Origin: Candidatus Cloacimonadota bacterium
Lineage (GTDB): Bacteria > Cloacimonadota > Cloacimonadia > JGIOTU-2
DNA: 64,000 bases
Reading direction: 5' to 3'
NCBI GenBank assembly: GCA_049903315.1
Contig: JBNGBT010000007.1
Span: 6,561-70,560 of the forward strand
Below, in pieces: positions 28,125 through 38,736 of the stretch; positions within the stretch are counted from its first letter, which is position 1, and each line of letters begins with the position of its first letter. A program made the position numbers and the translations under genes. The notes beneath the pieces are model-generated. The model was not told the DNA's origin and did no database searches. It worked only from the letters and a program-made list of their open reading frames with translations.

Positions 28125-29504
28125 ATGGTTAAATATCCTGTTGAACCGTTTAAAATAAAGATGGTCGAACCCATTAAAATATTGGATAGAGAACAAAGGA
28201 TCAAAAAGATCAAGCAGGCAAAATATAATCTTTTCAATCTAAAAGCTGAGGATATTTTTATCGATCTTCTTACCGACAGCGGAACTTCTGCTATGAGCGA
28301 CTCACAATGGGCTGGTATCATGCGGGGTGATGAATCCTATGCAGGAAGCAGGAGTTATTTGCATTTCGAGCGATCAGTCAAAAATATCTTCGGTTATGAA
28401 AATATCATTCCAACCCATCAGGGAAGAGCTGCAGAAGCAATTTTATTTTCGACTATTCTCAAGCCCGGTGATTATGTGCCAAGCAATATTCATTTTGATA
28501 CCACTGAGGGAAACATACGCAATAATGGTGGAATTCCAGTGGCGTGTGTGATTGATGAAGGATTGGATCCAGCAAGTATTTATCCATTCAAAGGAAATAT
28601 CGATCTTAATAAATTACAAAAGCTGGTAGATGAAGTTGGCGTTGAGAATATCCCAATTGCTATGATCACAATTACCAATAACAGTGGGGGTGGTCAGCCG
28701 GTTTCGTTGGAAAATATCAAACAGGTTTATCATTTTTGGAAAAAACTGAACGTCCCGTTCTTTATTGATGCGTGCCGTTATGCAGAGAATGCGTATTTCA
28801 TAAAGATGAGAGAAAAGGAATACGAAAATTCATCAATTGAAGAAATTGCAAAAGAAATATTTGCGCACGCTGATGGTGCGACTATGTCAGCAAAAAAGGA
28901 TGCATTGGTGAATATTGGCGGCTTTATCACATTGAAAGACAGTGAGCTTGCTCAAAGACTCATAAGCAAACTCATTATCACAGAAGGTTTTAAAACCTAT
29001 GGAGGATTATCCGGACGCGATCTCGAGGCTGTTGCAATCGGTTTACAGGAAGGATTGAACGAAGATTACTTGAGATATAGGATCGAGCAAACTGCATATC
29101 TCGGTGAAAGTCTATTGGAGAAGGGCATCCCAATTGTACGCCCTCCCGGGGGTCATGCGATTTATATCGACGCACTCTCTGTACTTCCAGATATCCCTCA
29201 GAAATATTTCCCTGCACAAGCCCTTGCTATAGCATTGTACATTGAAGGTGGAATACGCGGAGTTGAGATTGGCAGTATCATGTTTGCATATAATGATGAA
29301 AAAACTGGAGAAACCATCTATCCCAAACTAGAACTTGTGCGCCTTGCAATACCGCGCCGTGTATATACGAGAGCGCATCTCGATTGTGTTGTTAAAACTG
29401 TGAAGAAAGTCATGGATAACAGACATCACCTGAAGGGATTACGTATAACTTATCAACCAAAATTACTCAGACATTTTACTGTTGAGTTAGAAGAAATTTC
29501 ATAG
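28125..29504 (+). CDS. tnaA: Tryptophanase / tyrosine phenol-lyase family (PLP beta-eliminating lyase)
   Basis: 459 aa; PLP-lysine context GATMSAKKDALVNIGG matches the TnaA/TPL family; RBS AGGAG. Confidence 0.82.
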   Translation: MVKYPVEPFKIKMVEPIKILDREQRIKKIKQAKYNLFNLKAEDIFIDLLTDSGTSAMSDSQWAGIMRGDESYAGSRSYLHFERSVKNIFGYENIIPTHQGRAAEAILFSTILKPGDYVPSNIHFDTTEGNIRNNGGIPVACVIDEGLDPASIYPFKGNIDLNKLQKLVDEVGVENIPIAMITITNNSGGGQPVSLENIKQVYHFWKKLNVPFFIDACRYAENAYFIKMREKEYENSSIEEIAKEIFAHADGATMSAKKDALVNIGGFITLKDSELAQRLISKLIITEGFKTYGGLSGRDLEAVAIGLQEGLNEDYLRYRIEQTAYLGESLLEKGIPIVRPPGGHAIYIDALSVLPDIPQKYFPAQALAIALYIEGGIRGVEIGSIMFAYNDEKTGETIYPKLELVRLAIPRRVYTRAHLDCVVKTVKKVMDNRHHLKGLRITYQPKLLRHFTVELEEIS

Positions 29505-29512
29505 GACAAAAA

Positions 29513-30742
29513 ATGGGTAAAACAATTGTAGAAAAAATAATTCAGCTCCATTCTGAAGAAGAAGCCGTAGCTGGTAAGATAGTATGGATGAAACTCGATG
29601 TTCGTACTGCCCGTGATTTTGGCGGACCAAATGTGGTTAAAAATTTAGAAAAACACTATCCTGACGCAGAATTGCCGGACAAAGAAAACGTATTTTTTAC
29701 TTTCGATACTGTCGCACCTGCCAAAACAATTCCTTATGCAAATAATCAGCAAATTTGCCGTGAGTTTGCGAACAAGAACGGGCTCAAAGTTTATGATGTG
29801 GATGCAGGTATCGGCACACATATTCTTATGGAAAAAGGATTTGCACGACCCGGCAGAACTCTGGTCGGAACCGACAGCCATTTTAACATTCTTGGAGCAG
29901 TTAATGCTTTTGGACAAGGCATGGGTGATCAGGATATTGCATTCGGATTCAGTACAGGGAGAACATGGTTTGAAGTTCCGGAAACCATAAAAGTAAATCT
30001 TAAAGGCACATTCTCGTATCCTGCCACAGGGAAGGACCTTGTTCTCTACATTCTTAAAAGGATCGGCAGTAAAGGGGCACTTGGCAAATGTATTGAATAT
30101 TATGGTGAGTGCTTGCAGGATTTGACTTTTTCCGATTATATAACTTTGTGCAGCATGATGACTGAAATGGGTGGTATCGTTGCATTTCCCGAGCAAAATG
30201 CTCAAGTCAGTCAATGGCTGAAAGAACGAACAGGCGAAAATCTTCAATTCATTATTGCTGATAATGATGCTCAATATACTGAAGAAATTGAAATCGATGT
30301 TTCGGGATTACAACCTCAAATCGCATGCCCGCCAAAACCGGATAATGTTAAAGATGTTTCTGAACTTAAAGGATTAAAAGTCGGCTCAATTTTTGTGGGC
30401 TCTTGTACGAATGGTCGTATTGAGGATATGCGTTATCTTGCCGATATTCTGAAAGATAATCATGTTGCAGAAGGTATAATGCTTCGAGTCGTTCCTGCCA
30501 CACGAGAGGTTTATGGGCAAATGCTCAAAGAAGGTCTGATAGATATTCTTTTCAACGCCGGTGCTATTGTATCGAATCCGGGATGTGGCGGCTGTGCATC
30601 AGGACAGATTGGTATGACTGGTAAAGGTGAAGTTCAAATCTCTACATCAAATAGAAATTTCAAAGGCAAACAAGGTGATGGTGAAACCTATCTGGCAAGT
30701 CCTGTCACTGCAGCATTTGCCGCAATAAAAGGGGAGTTATAA
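29513..30742 (+). CDS. Aconitase-family hydro-lyase large subunit, archaeal-type LeuC/homoaconitase-like
   Basis: 409 aa; VGTDSHF, Fe-S cysteines in GSCTNGR and NPGCGGC, STSNRNFKGKQG; LeuC-like throughout. Confidence 0.85.
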   Translation: MGKTIVEKIIQLHSEEEAVAGKIVWMKLDVRTARDFGGPNVVKNLEKHYPDAELPDKENVFFTFDTVAPAKTIPYANNQQICREFANKNGLKVYDVDAGIGTHILMEKGFARPGRTLVGTDSHFNILGAVNAFGQGMGDQDIAFGFSTGRTWFEVPETIKVNLKGTFSYPATGKDLVLYILKRIGSKGALGKCIEYYGECLQDLTFSDYITLCSMMTEMGGIVAFPEQNAQVSQWLKERTGENLQFIIADNDAQYTEEIEIDVSGLQPQIACPPKPDNVKDVSELKGLKVGSIFVGSCTNGRIEDMRYLADILKDNHVAEGIMLRVVPATREVYGQMLKEGLIDILFNAGAIVSNPGCGGCASGQIGMTGKGEVQISTSNRNFKGKQGDGETYLASPVTAAFAAIKGEL

Positions 30743-30750
30743 ATAAACAT

Positions 30751-31977
30751 ATGAAGAACCTGTTTTTATTACTGCCACTGGTCATCGTTTTGTTTTCGTG
30801 CACACACAAAGACCAGGTTACCGAAATTGAAACTCCAGATCCCTACGATCATGTGTATGGAAAACTCAAAACCGGTAAATCACTTTATTCTATCCTTCTT
30901 GATAATGATATCTCCTATCAGGATGCATACAAAATCACAAAAGAGTTAAATACCCTTTATGATTTGAGATATTCACATCCAAATGATAGTTTTCATCTGA
31001 AGATTGATAGTCTCGGAGTTGTACAAATCATTGAATATTCTCCAAATAAAATTGATAAATATATTGTTGCCCGGGATTCGACTGATGAATTTGACGTATT
31101 TCAGGAGAAGCTTGTGCTTGAAAAAGATATCCTGTTACATACGACTATTCTGAAATCATCTCTCTATGAAACATTAGTTGATGGAGGATTAGATCCGCAA
31201 TTGGTTATGAAGTTCAGTGATATTTTTCAGTGGGATATTGATTTTTTTATTGATCCCCGCGAAGGTGACACCTGCTCTATAATATATGAAGCTTTCAGTC
31301 ATGATGGGGAAATCCTGAAATATGGAAATATTTTGGGAGCATCTTACCAAGGTAAACTCTTTGATCTCACTGCTTATTACTATGATAACGGCGGGAAAGA
31401 GCACGGATATTACGCCCGTGATGGTGAATCCTTCCAAAAAGCATTCCTGCGATCTCCATTAAATTACTCATACATCAGCTCATATTTTGGAATGCGGCTT
31501 CATCCGATAACAAAACAGGTATGGTTACACAGCGGTGTAGATTATGCTGCACCTCTTGGAACTCCTGTTGTCAGTTCCGCAGATGGAACAGTAATTCATA
31601 AAGGCTGGAAGGGTGGACATCCCACGCCAAAAGGAAACACCGGAGGTTATGGCAACACTGTGATGATCCGCCATACTAACGGTTTTAAAACACTCTATGG
31701 CCACTTGAATGCGTATGCCAGAAATCTCTACGTCGGCAAACGGGTGCTTCAGGGAGAAGTGATAGGGTATGTTGGCTCAACCGGTTGGTCCACAGGTCCA
31801 CACTTGCATTACACGATCTATCAGCATGATAGCCCAATTGATCCTCTCTCACTAAATAATGTTTCGGGTCCTCCCATCCCAAAAGAATATTTGGATGAAT
31901 TCATGGATTCTGTACATCATATTGACACACTCTTCAAAGAATCGAGAAAAACGTTTCTGCAATCAATTTTTGGATAA
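30751..31977 (+). CDS. M23 family metallopeptidase lipoprotein
   Basis: Lipobox LFSC; M23 motifs HSGVDYAAP, GYGNTVMIRH, HLHYTIY. Confidence 0.8.
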   Translation: MKNLFLLLPLVIVLFSCTHKDQVTEIETPDPYDHVYGKLKTGKSLYSILLDNDISYQDAYKITKELNTLYDLRYSHPNDSFHLKIDSLGVVQIIEYSPNKIDKYIVARDSTDEFDVFQEKLVLEKDILLHTTILKSSLYETLVDGGLDPQLVMKFSDIFQWDIDFFIDPREGDTCSIIYEAFSHDGEILKYGNILGASYQGKLFDLTAYYYDNGGKEHGYYARDGESFQKAFLRSPLNYSYISSYFGMRLHPITKQVWLHSGVDYAAPLGTPVVSSADGTVIHKGWKGGHPTPKGNTGGYGNTVMIRHTNGFKTLYGHLNAYARNLYVGKRVLQGEVIGYVGSTGWSTGPHLHYTIYQHDSPIDPLSLNNVSGPPIPKEYLDEFMDSVHHIDTLFKESRKTFLQSIFG

Positions 31978-32066
31978 AATGAACATGTTTGGAAAAATAG
32001 AGCATCTTAGGGATTTAATAAGCAAAAAATTTGACAGTTTATCAAGAGGAGCACGTTTTATCTATA

Positions 32067-32582
32067 ATGCAAAAGAATTGTAAAATAACTGGTAAGATTT
32101 GGCTCATTATTGACTATCAAAATACTCTTATTAATGACATTGACACTGATATGATATTTCATAATCAGTATCTTGCAATCACGGATATCAATAAAATGGG
32201 GCAATATACTTTTGATAATCTCGATGGTTGGAAAGATTTTTCACATAAAGCTCAGAAAGGTGATATCGTTGTAGTTGGGAAAAATTTTGGTGCAGGATCC
32301 TCACGGCAGCAAGCTGTAGATTGCTTTGCATCTCTTGGTATTCAAGCCATTCTCGCAGAATCCTTTGGAGCAATCTATAAAAGGAATGCTATTAACTCAG
32401 GATTACCAATCTTAACTATTACAGATATTGATCTTTCAAAACTATCACAACGGGAAGAGATCACTATTGACCTTAAAAAGGGAACTGTTTCAAATCCACA
32501 CATTCGGATTGAACCATTTTCTAAAGTACAACTTGATATTTATCAAGCAGGCAATTTGTTTGCTTTTGGCAAAAGAAATTAG
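32067..32582 (+). CDS. Aconitase-family hydro-lyase small subunit, archaeal-type LeuD-like
   Basis: KITGKIW N-terminus and GKNFGAGSSRQQAV ... AESFGAIYKRNAIN typical of short LeuD. ATG at 32067 preferred over the TTG at 32031 used by the listed ORF. Confidence 0.8.
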   Translation: MQKNCKITGKIWLIIDYQNTLINDIDTDMIFHNQYLAITDINKMGQYTFDNLDGWKDFSHKAQKGDIVVVGKNFGAGSSRQQAVDCFASLGIQAILAESFGAIYKRNAINSGLPILTITDIDLSKLSQREEITIDLKKGTVSNPHIRIEPFSKVQLDIYQAGNLFAFGKRN

Positions 32583-32617
32583 AGAAATAAAAAAACATAA
32601 AGAAAGGAGCAACAAAA

Positions 32618-35422
32618 GTGAAAGTTTGTAGTAAATTTGGACTATTACTTTTGATGTTCATGCTGCTACTGGTGAGTTCTGCATTTGGGATATTGCTTCC
32701 CAATAATGAACCTGTTGAAGGGCTGAGAGTTGAAGATGTTCCTCATGATGATGGTGGAGGGCTCATGCTGAGCTGGAAGCCTCTCCCAAAAGAAAAGCGC
32801 ATCATTGAATACCGTATTTACCGCGGCTATACTCCCGATAGTTTATTCTATATCGGAAAGATCCCGGTAGATGCCAAAACAGGTGTTGCAGCTGATACAA
32901 TGAGATATATTGATCAGGGTTGGACATTTTTTGTCGATGCAACCTCACATGCCAAGCTGAAACATGAAAAGGGGCAGAAAAAAGGAACAATAGGAGCAGA
33001 AGTGCTCTTTCGTACCGTTCCTCGTGACATGAAAATCTATGGTCCTATGATGGATCATTATCGCATGCTTGCCGTTATCCCTGATAAAGAATATGTTTAT
33101 CACACGAAGATGAGAGAGTTCACTGATATTGATACAACTGAGGATGGCACTATTGATACGACATCTACGATTCTTGCAGGAATGAAACTTGAGCAGGTCA
33201 AGTATATTCTTACTAAACTGACAGTTGGTAAAGACTATTATTATGCAATTCAAGCACTCAATATGAACCGTAGTGCATCACCTCTTTCTGAAATAGCAAC
33301 TGGACAAACGGTCGATGATCCTCCAGAAAAATTAAAAGAATTCTATGCAGTTGCTGTGACCGATAAGGAGCAGCTTCAGTTCGAATGGTCGTTGCCAGTA
33401 TTTACTTCCGACCAAAAACAATTTAATATTTACCTTTATGATGAATTCGATGATCAGCATCTTATATTTACCCGTCCGGATGCATATCCATACACTCCCC
33501 AGACCAATGCTATTGTTCCTTTCGATTCTATCGCAGCACGTTTTGAAGCATTTAATTCCGCAAATATGAAGTGGTATAAATTCAATATCGGAGAACAGGA
33601 TAGACAGGATCAGGAAACCCTTGCAAAAGATGAACCTATCCCAGCTGAAATCATCACTTCTTCTATGCTGCCCAAACCTCCTATTCATTTCACCGTAAAA
33701 GATCAGCCAAATGATAAAGGTGATCAATTGCAGGTTTTCTTTGGATATCCATATTATGGTCTTTCAAAATTATCCTATAATGATGCTTTTACAAAACTGA
33801 CGGTTAATTATTTCATTACTGAAAATTCCATGTACGAAGTAGACCGACTTATCCTTTCAATCAATGGAATAACGAAAACTGAATATGTGCTTGATAATAA
33901 ACTCGATTTCAAGGTCAATTGGGATTATAGTAAGCCAATGAAGATCACAGGAAGTTTTGTCTGTAAACATAAAGGACAAGCACCCTTACCGGAAGATTAT
34001 ACAATAACTCATACCTTTATTTTTGATCAGGAAATGCAGGTGGTCCTCGTTGACACTCCTCCTAATGAGCAGATGAAGGAATTTGAAGATTATTACTTCC
34101 AAGTTTACAAGATAAATCATACAAGTGATGTGTATAGATATGCAAAACAGATGTCTTTTAGAGAGCGGGAATATATAGATAAAGTGTCATATGAAACCGT
34201 TCAATTTCGTGGAAGACCCCGTTTCTCTCTCGAAGAAAAGCGACTTTATTTCAGTACATATTTAAGCATTGAAAATTATAAAGATCAGTATCCCTTCTAC
34301 ACTCAAGCGCTCTATCTCGATCAACTCAAACAACAGGATGAAGAAATTAAAGAAGAAATCGCAAAACTACAAGCAGAGTTAGAAACCGAAACTGATAAAG
34401 TAGAGATAGAGAAAATTGAAGATCGTATAGATCTTTTCACTGATTATCTTAATGAAAAACCAGCGATCGTCAAAGAAGCAAATCTCTTAAATACTGATAA
34501 AGAAAGAATGAAAATGCTCTATGATGTTCATTGCAAAAATATTCGTTCTTTCAAATATTATATCAGAAAGACTGACGGACGAGGGCACTTTATCGATACT
34601 CCTGTATATACAGATCCTAATGGCGAACAGTATATCTCTCCCAAACAGAATTGGTTCAACACTGATGAAATAATCACTTTCATTGCAGTGCTTTTATTTG
34701 GAGCGCTCGTGTACTTTATGATCAAAGCAGCGCGCAAAGGAAAGAGGTTATATATCAGACCTATCGCAGGTATTCAGGAGATTGATAATGCGATTGGACG
34801 AGCTACAGAAATGGGAAGACCAATCCTCTTCGTTCCAGGTTTAAGCGGCATCAGTGACGTGGCAACACTTGCAGGATTAGCGATTCTTAGCAAAGTTGCG
34901 AAGAAAGCTGCTGAATACGACACAAAAATACTCGTTCCATGCCGCGATTTCATCGTACTTCCTATTGCTCAGGAAACTGTAAAAGAAGCACACTATGAAG
35001 CTGGTCGTCCTGATACGTATGATAAAAACAGCGTATTCTTCATCACACAAGCACAGTTCGCTTTTGTAGCTGGTGTGAACGGCATAATGATTCGTGAAAA
35101 AACAGCAACGAACTTCTATATGGGAATGTTCTGGGCTGAATCTCTTCTTATGACAGAAACCGGAAGTATGACAGGTGCAATTCAGATTGCTGGAACTGAT
35201 GCAGTCAATCAGCTGCCTTTCTTCATCACAACATGTGACTATACTCTTATTGGCGAAGAACTCTATGCAGCAAGCGCTTATCTCTCAAATCAACCGCTGA
35301 TTCTTGGTACTCTCAAAGCTCAAGACTATATGAAACTGATTATTGTTCTTACCGTGATCCTTGGCACTATCCTCTCAACTGTTCACCTTACGTTCTTTAT
35401 GAACTGGTTCCCGACCAAATAG
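32618..35422 (+). CDS. Hypothetical large envelope protein (signal peptide, FN3-like region, C-terminal TM segments), 934 aa
   Basis: GTG start with RBS AAAGGAG; signal peptide; hydrophobic segments near the C-terminus; no family recognised. Confidence 0.55.
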   Translation: MKVCSKFGLLLLMFMLLLVSSAFGILLPNNEPVEGLRVEDVPHDDGGGLMLSWKPLPKEKRIIEYRIYRGYTPDSLFYIGKIPVDAKTGVAADTMRYIDQGWTFFVDATSHAKLKHEKGQKKGTIGAEVLFRTVPRDMKIYGPMMDHYRMLAVIPDKEYVYHTKMREFTDIDTTEDGTIDTTSTILAGMKLEQVKYILTKLTVGKDYYYAIQALNMNRSASPLSEIATGQTVDDPPEKLKEFYAVAVTDKEQLQFEWSLPVFTSDQKQFNIYLYDEFDDQHLIFTRPDAYPYTPQTNAIVPFDSIAARFEAFNSANMKWYKFNIGEQDRQDQETLAKDEPIPAEIITSSMLPKPPIHFTVKDQPNDKGDQLQVFFGYPYYGLSKLSYNDAFTKLTVNYFITENSMYEVDRLILSINGITKTEYVLDNKLDFKVNWDYSKPMKITGSFVCKHKGQAPLPEDYTITHTFIFDQEMQVVLVDTPPNEQMKEFEDYYFQVYKINHTSDVYRYAKQMSFREREYIDKVSYETVQFRGRPRFSLEEKRLYFSTYLSIENYKDQYPFYTQALYLDQLKQQDEEIKEEIAKLQAELETETDKVEIEKIEDRIDLFTDYLNEKPAIVKEANLLNTDKERMKMLYDVHCKNIRSFKYYIRKTDGRGHFIDTPVYTDPNGEQYISPKQNWFNTDEIITFIAVLLFGALVYFMIKAARKGKRLYIRPIAGIQEIDNAIGRATEMGRPILFVPGLSGISDVATLAGLAILSKVAKKAAEYDTKILVPCRDFIVLPIAQETVKEAHYEAGRPDTYDKNSVFFITQAQFAFVAGVNGIMIREKTATNFYMGMFWAESLLMTETGSMTGAIQIAGTDAVNQLPFFITTCDYTLIGEELYAASAYLSNQPLILGTLKAQDYMKLIIVLTVILGTILSTVHLTFFMNWFPTK

Positions 35423-35436
35423 AAAGGAGTATCATA

Positions 35437-36060
35437 ATGAAAAGACAAATACCTTTATTTATAGTTTTGATACTTGGTTTACTTTTCGTAGCTCATGTAT
35501 TTATTCCAAGCAAGCTCTCTTCTGACTACCTTGACTGGTTCATGAAATGGACGAAAGTCATTGGTCCTTTCGCAATCGTACTTGGTGTATTCAGTCTTGT
35601 ACTTGTACACTATAATAAAATAAAACGTAAAGCTCCAAACTGGGGATATAGTATTGTGACACTTGCAGCGTTGGTGATAACAACATCGGTTGGCTTCATC
35701 TGGGGTATCCAGGAGGGTACTCCATATATGTGGATTTTTGAAAACTTCAATGTTCCACTCGGGGCGACTATGTTCTCATTGCTGGCTTTTTATATAGCAT
35801 CTGCAGCATACAAAGCGTTCCGTGCTCGATCTGTCGAAGCAACTGTGCTGCTTATCGCAGCTATAATTGTCATGCTTGGTCGTGTTTCCATCGGACAGGC
35901 AATTACTCATTGGATTCCGGACATTACAGAATGGATCCTTAATGTTCCTAATCTCGCAGCTAAGCGCGGTATTGCGCTTGGTGTAGGACTTGGTATGACT
36001 GCAACGTCCCTTAAGATCATGCTTGGGATTGAGCGATCATATCTTGGTGGAAGGGATTAA
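35437..36060 (+). CDS. Hypothetical polytopic membrane protein (207 aa)
   Basis: RBS AAGGAG; about five TM helices; 14 nt after the previous gene. Confidence 0.5.
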   Translation: MKRQIPLFIVLILGLLFVAHVFIPSKLSSDYLDWFMKWTKVIGPFAIVLGVFSLVLVHYNKIKRKAPNWGYSIVTLAALVITTSVGFIWGIQEGTPYMWIFENFNVPLGATMFSLLAFYIASAAYKAFRARSVEATVLLIAAIIVMLGRVSIGQAITHWIPDITEWILNVPNLAAKRGIALGVGLGMTATSLKIMLGIERSYLGGRD

Positions 36061-36069
36061 GGGGGTATA

Positions 36070-37023
36070 ATGAAATTCGCAGATAGTATTCAAAAAGTAG
36101 ATAGAAGAATAATCTATGGAATCCTTGCCATTGCAGTCATTCTCCCTCTGGTTTTCCGTCTTGGATTAAAGACCTATACAACCACACCTGTTGAAGACTT
36201 ATATCGTCACATTGACGCTGCTGCCGGTAAAGATGACATGGCAATCCTTATGGATTTCACACATGACCCGGGCGTCCTTCCAGAGTTATATCCTATGGAC
36301 CTGGCAATCCTCAGACATTGTTTTCAAAGGAATATCAAAGTATTCACGATCTCATTCCTTCCGCAGGGAGCAGCAATTATTCAATTGGCACTTTCTGAAG
36401 TAAAAGAAGACTACCCGAACATTGAAGCTAATGTTGATTATTGCAACTTCGGTTTTAAGCCATGGAGTTTGAAACTTCCTATTATGCTTGGTATGGGTGA
36501 TGATATTGCAGAAGCGGTTGAAACAAACAGTGAGGGACTCTCGCTTGAGAATCTTCCTATTATGCAGAATCTGAAAAATTATGATAACATACAAGTTGTT
36601 GTAGAGATTTCAGGTTCTTCAATGGGGCAGTTCTGGGTTACGTATGCACGCGCAAAATTTGGTGTTGATGTTGCAGTTGGTCTTACAGCGGTTATGGCTG
36701 CAGACGTGTATCCTTTCCTGCAGACTGGTCAATTTGTTGGTAGTCTTGGCGGGTTGAAAGGTGCCGCAGAGTATGAGCAGCTTGTAGATATCTTTGCGAT
36801 GAATGGTACTGAGTTCAGCAAGAAAAATGCACGTAATATGGCGTGGGTCGAAGCACAATATGAAGAGTTGCCGGAATTAGCAAAACTCTATAAGTATAAT
36901 AAAGCTCGTATCGGCATGGATGCACAGGCAATTGTTCACGTTCTTATCATTCTCTTCATTATTCTTGGTAATATTGGCTACTTTCTTGATCGACGTGCAC
37001 AGAAAAAAAAGTTTGGTAAATAA
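36070..37023 (+). CDS. Hypothetical membrane-anchored protein (317 aa)
   Basis: N-terminal TM, large soluble domain, C-terminal TM; 9 nt after the previous gene. Confidence 0.5.
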   Translation: MKFADSIQKVDRRIIYGILAIAVILPLVFRLGLKTYTTTPVEDLYRHIDAAAGKDDMAILMDFTHDPGVLPELYPMDLAILRHCFQRNIKVFTISFLPQGAAIIQLALSEVKEDYPNIEANVDYCNFGFKPWSLKLPIMLGMGDDIAEAVETNSEGLSLENLPIMQNLKNYDNIQVVVEISGSSMGQFWVTYARAKFGVDVAVGLTAVMAADVYPFLQTGQFVGSLGGLKGAAEYEQLVDIFAMNGTEFSKKNARNMAWVEAQYEELPELAKLYKYNKARIGMDAQAIVHVLIILFIILGNIGYFLDRRAQKKKFGK

Positions 37024-37033
37024 GGAGTAAAAA

Positions 37034-37633
37034 ATGACTGAAACAATTGGAATCTGGATTGCTGCATTTTTGACACTCTGCATGTTTTCTTTCCTGTACA
37101 AGGATAATCCTTTCTACAAATTTGCAGAGCATCTCTTCGTAGGCGTTTCGATGGGTTATTATATTCCTTATACATTTTATAATGCCTTCATACCGTACGC
37201 ATACGAACCTTTGTTCCTAAAAAAGGAATACATTCTTATCATACCCTTTATCATTGGTATCATGTATTGGTTCAGGTTTTCTTCAAAATATAGCTGGATC
37301 AGCCGCTATCCCATTGCGTTTGGCATGGGTATAGTTGGTATGGGTGTTCCAATGGGTATGCATGCAAATGTGCTGGTACAAATGAGGACTATGATGCTCC
37401 CCCTCAATAATATCAACATCATATTGATTTTTGTCGGAACGATCAGCATCTTATTGTATTTCTTCTTCTCCAAAGCCCATAAAGGGGTGTACGGAAAGTT
37501 CACGTCCATTGGTATCTGGTTCATGATGGTCGGATTCGGAGCATCCTTCGGTTACACTGTGATGGCTCGTATCTCGCTACTCATTGGACGAGTGCAATTC
37601 CTTCTTGGTGATTGGTTAGGATTGATAAAGTAA
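37034..37633 (+). CDS. Hypothetical polytopic membrane protein (199 aa)
   Basis: RBS AAGGAG; about five TM helices; 10 nt after the previous gene. Confidence 0.5.
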   Translation: MTETIGIWIAAFLTLCMFSFLYKDNPFYKFAEHLFVGVSMGYYIPYTFYNAFIPYAYEPLFLKKEYILIIPFIIGIMYWFRFSSKYSWISRYPIAFGMGIVGMGVPMGMHANVLVQMRTMMLPLNNINIILIFVGTISILLYFFFSKAHKGVYGKFTSIGIWFMMVGFGASFGYTVMARISLLIGRVQFLLGDWLGLIK

Positions 37634-37704
37634 AAATTCTCATTATATAAAAGCACAAAGATTATGATAGGATGTCATGGCTTTGTGCTTTTTCTTCTTT
37701 GAAC

Positions 37705-38736
37705 ATGAAAAGAAAAATAATTCAAATCGGATTTCTCATAATACTTCTCGTCGTAATTTATGTGAGGATCTCACACGAGAAAAGCAAACCAATTAAGGAA
37801 ACGCGTTTTGCACTCGGTACTTTTGTAACCATAGATATTCAAGAAAGAAATAGGCATAACAATGCAATTATTGATTCCGCATTTACGCTTATTCAAACCT
37901 TAGAAAAGCAGTTCTCACTTACGTATCTTAGAAGTGAGACCAACAAAATAAATATTTGTAAAGATTCAATACACATCTCAGAAGATATGCAGGACTTGCT
38001 GCAAATTGCACACCAGACAAGCAAGGAGACCGAAGGTGCATTTGATGTGACAGTAGGCAAGATAATATACATGTATGATTTTGTTGATGAAATCATGCCC
38101 ACAGCCGAAGAGATAGATTCTGCTCTTTTTTTTGTTGGACATGAGAAAATTGTCTGTAACAATGATAATTTCATCAAGGATGATCCAGAAATTTTCATTG
38201 ATCTCGGAGGAATAGCAAAGGGATTTATCGTTGATAAAGCTATTCGATATATAATAGAAAATGGCATAAATTATGCGGCAATAAATGCAGGGGGCGACCT
38301 CTTTGTGTTGAGTAATCCAGAGACAGAAACCTGGAAGATTGGCATTCAACATCCCCGAAATCAATCAGCATTATTTGGTTCGATCGAAGTCAAAGATAGG
38401 GCTGTAGTAACTTCCGGAGATTATGAACAATTTTTTATAAAAGAGGGAAAGCGTATTCATCACATTATCGATCCCAAGACCGGACTTCCTTCCTATAATT
38501 CTGTGAGTGTTACTGTTATAGCACGAAATGCTACAATTGCAGATGCATTATGTACAGCACTTTTTGTGATAGGACCAAATCTGGGCATCAAACTTGTGGA
38601 TCAGAAAGTTGATATCGAAGCGCTTATTATTTTTGAACAAGATGGGGAACTTTGCTATGTTATTTCAGATAATTTTGACAAATTTAACTTCACTTTGTTA
38701 GACTCAACTGCACTTTTTATAAAGGATTTGCAATGA
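37705..38736 (+). CDS. apbE: FAD:protein FMN transferase (ApbE family), membrane-anchored
   Basis: GGIAKGFIVDKA, NAGGDLFVL, VVTSGDYEQFF, IADALCTALFV; N-terminal TM anchor; ATG at 37705 chosen over the longer listed ORF. Confidence 0.8.
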   Translation: MKRKIIQIGFLIILLVVIYVRISHEKSKPIKETRFALGTFVTIDIQERNRHNNAIIDSAFTLIQTLEKQFSLTYLRSETNKINICKDSIHISEDMQDLLQIAHQTSKETEGAFDVTVGKIIYMYDFVDEIMPTAEEIDSALFFVGHEKIVCNNDNFIKDDPEIFIDLGGIAKGFIVDKAIRYIIENGINYAAINAGGDLFVLSNPETETWKIGIQHPRNQSALFGSIEVKDRAVVTSGDYEQFFIKEGKRIHHIIDPKTGLPSYNSVSVTVIARNATIADALCTALFVIGPNLGIKLVDQKVDIEALIIFEQDGELCYVISDNFDKFNFTLLDSTALFIKDLQ

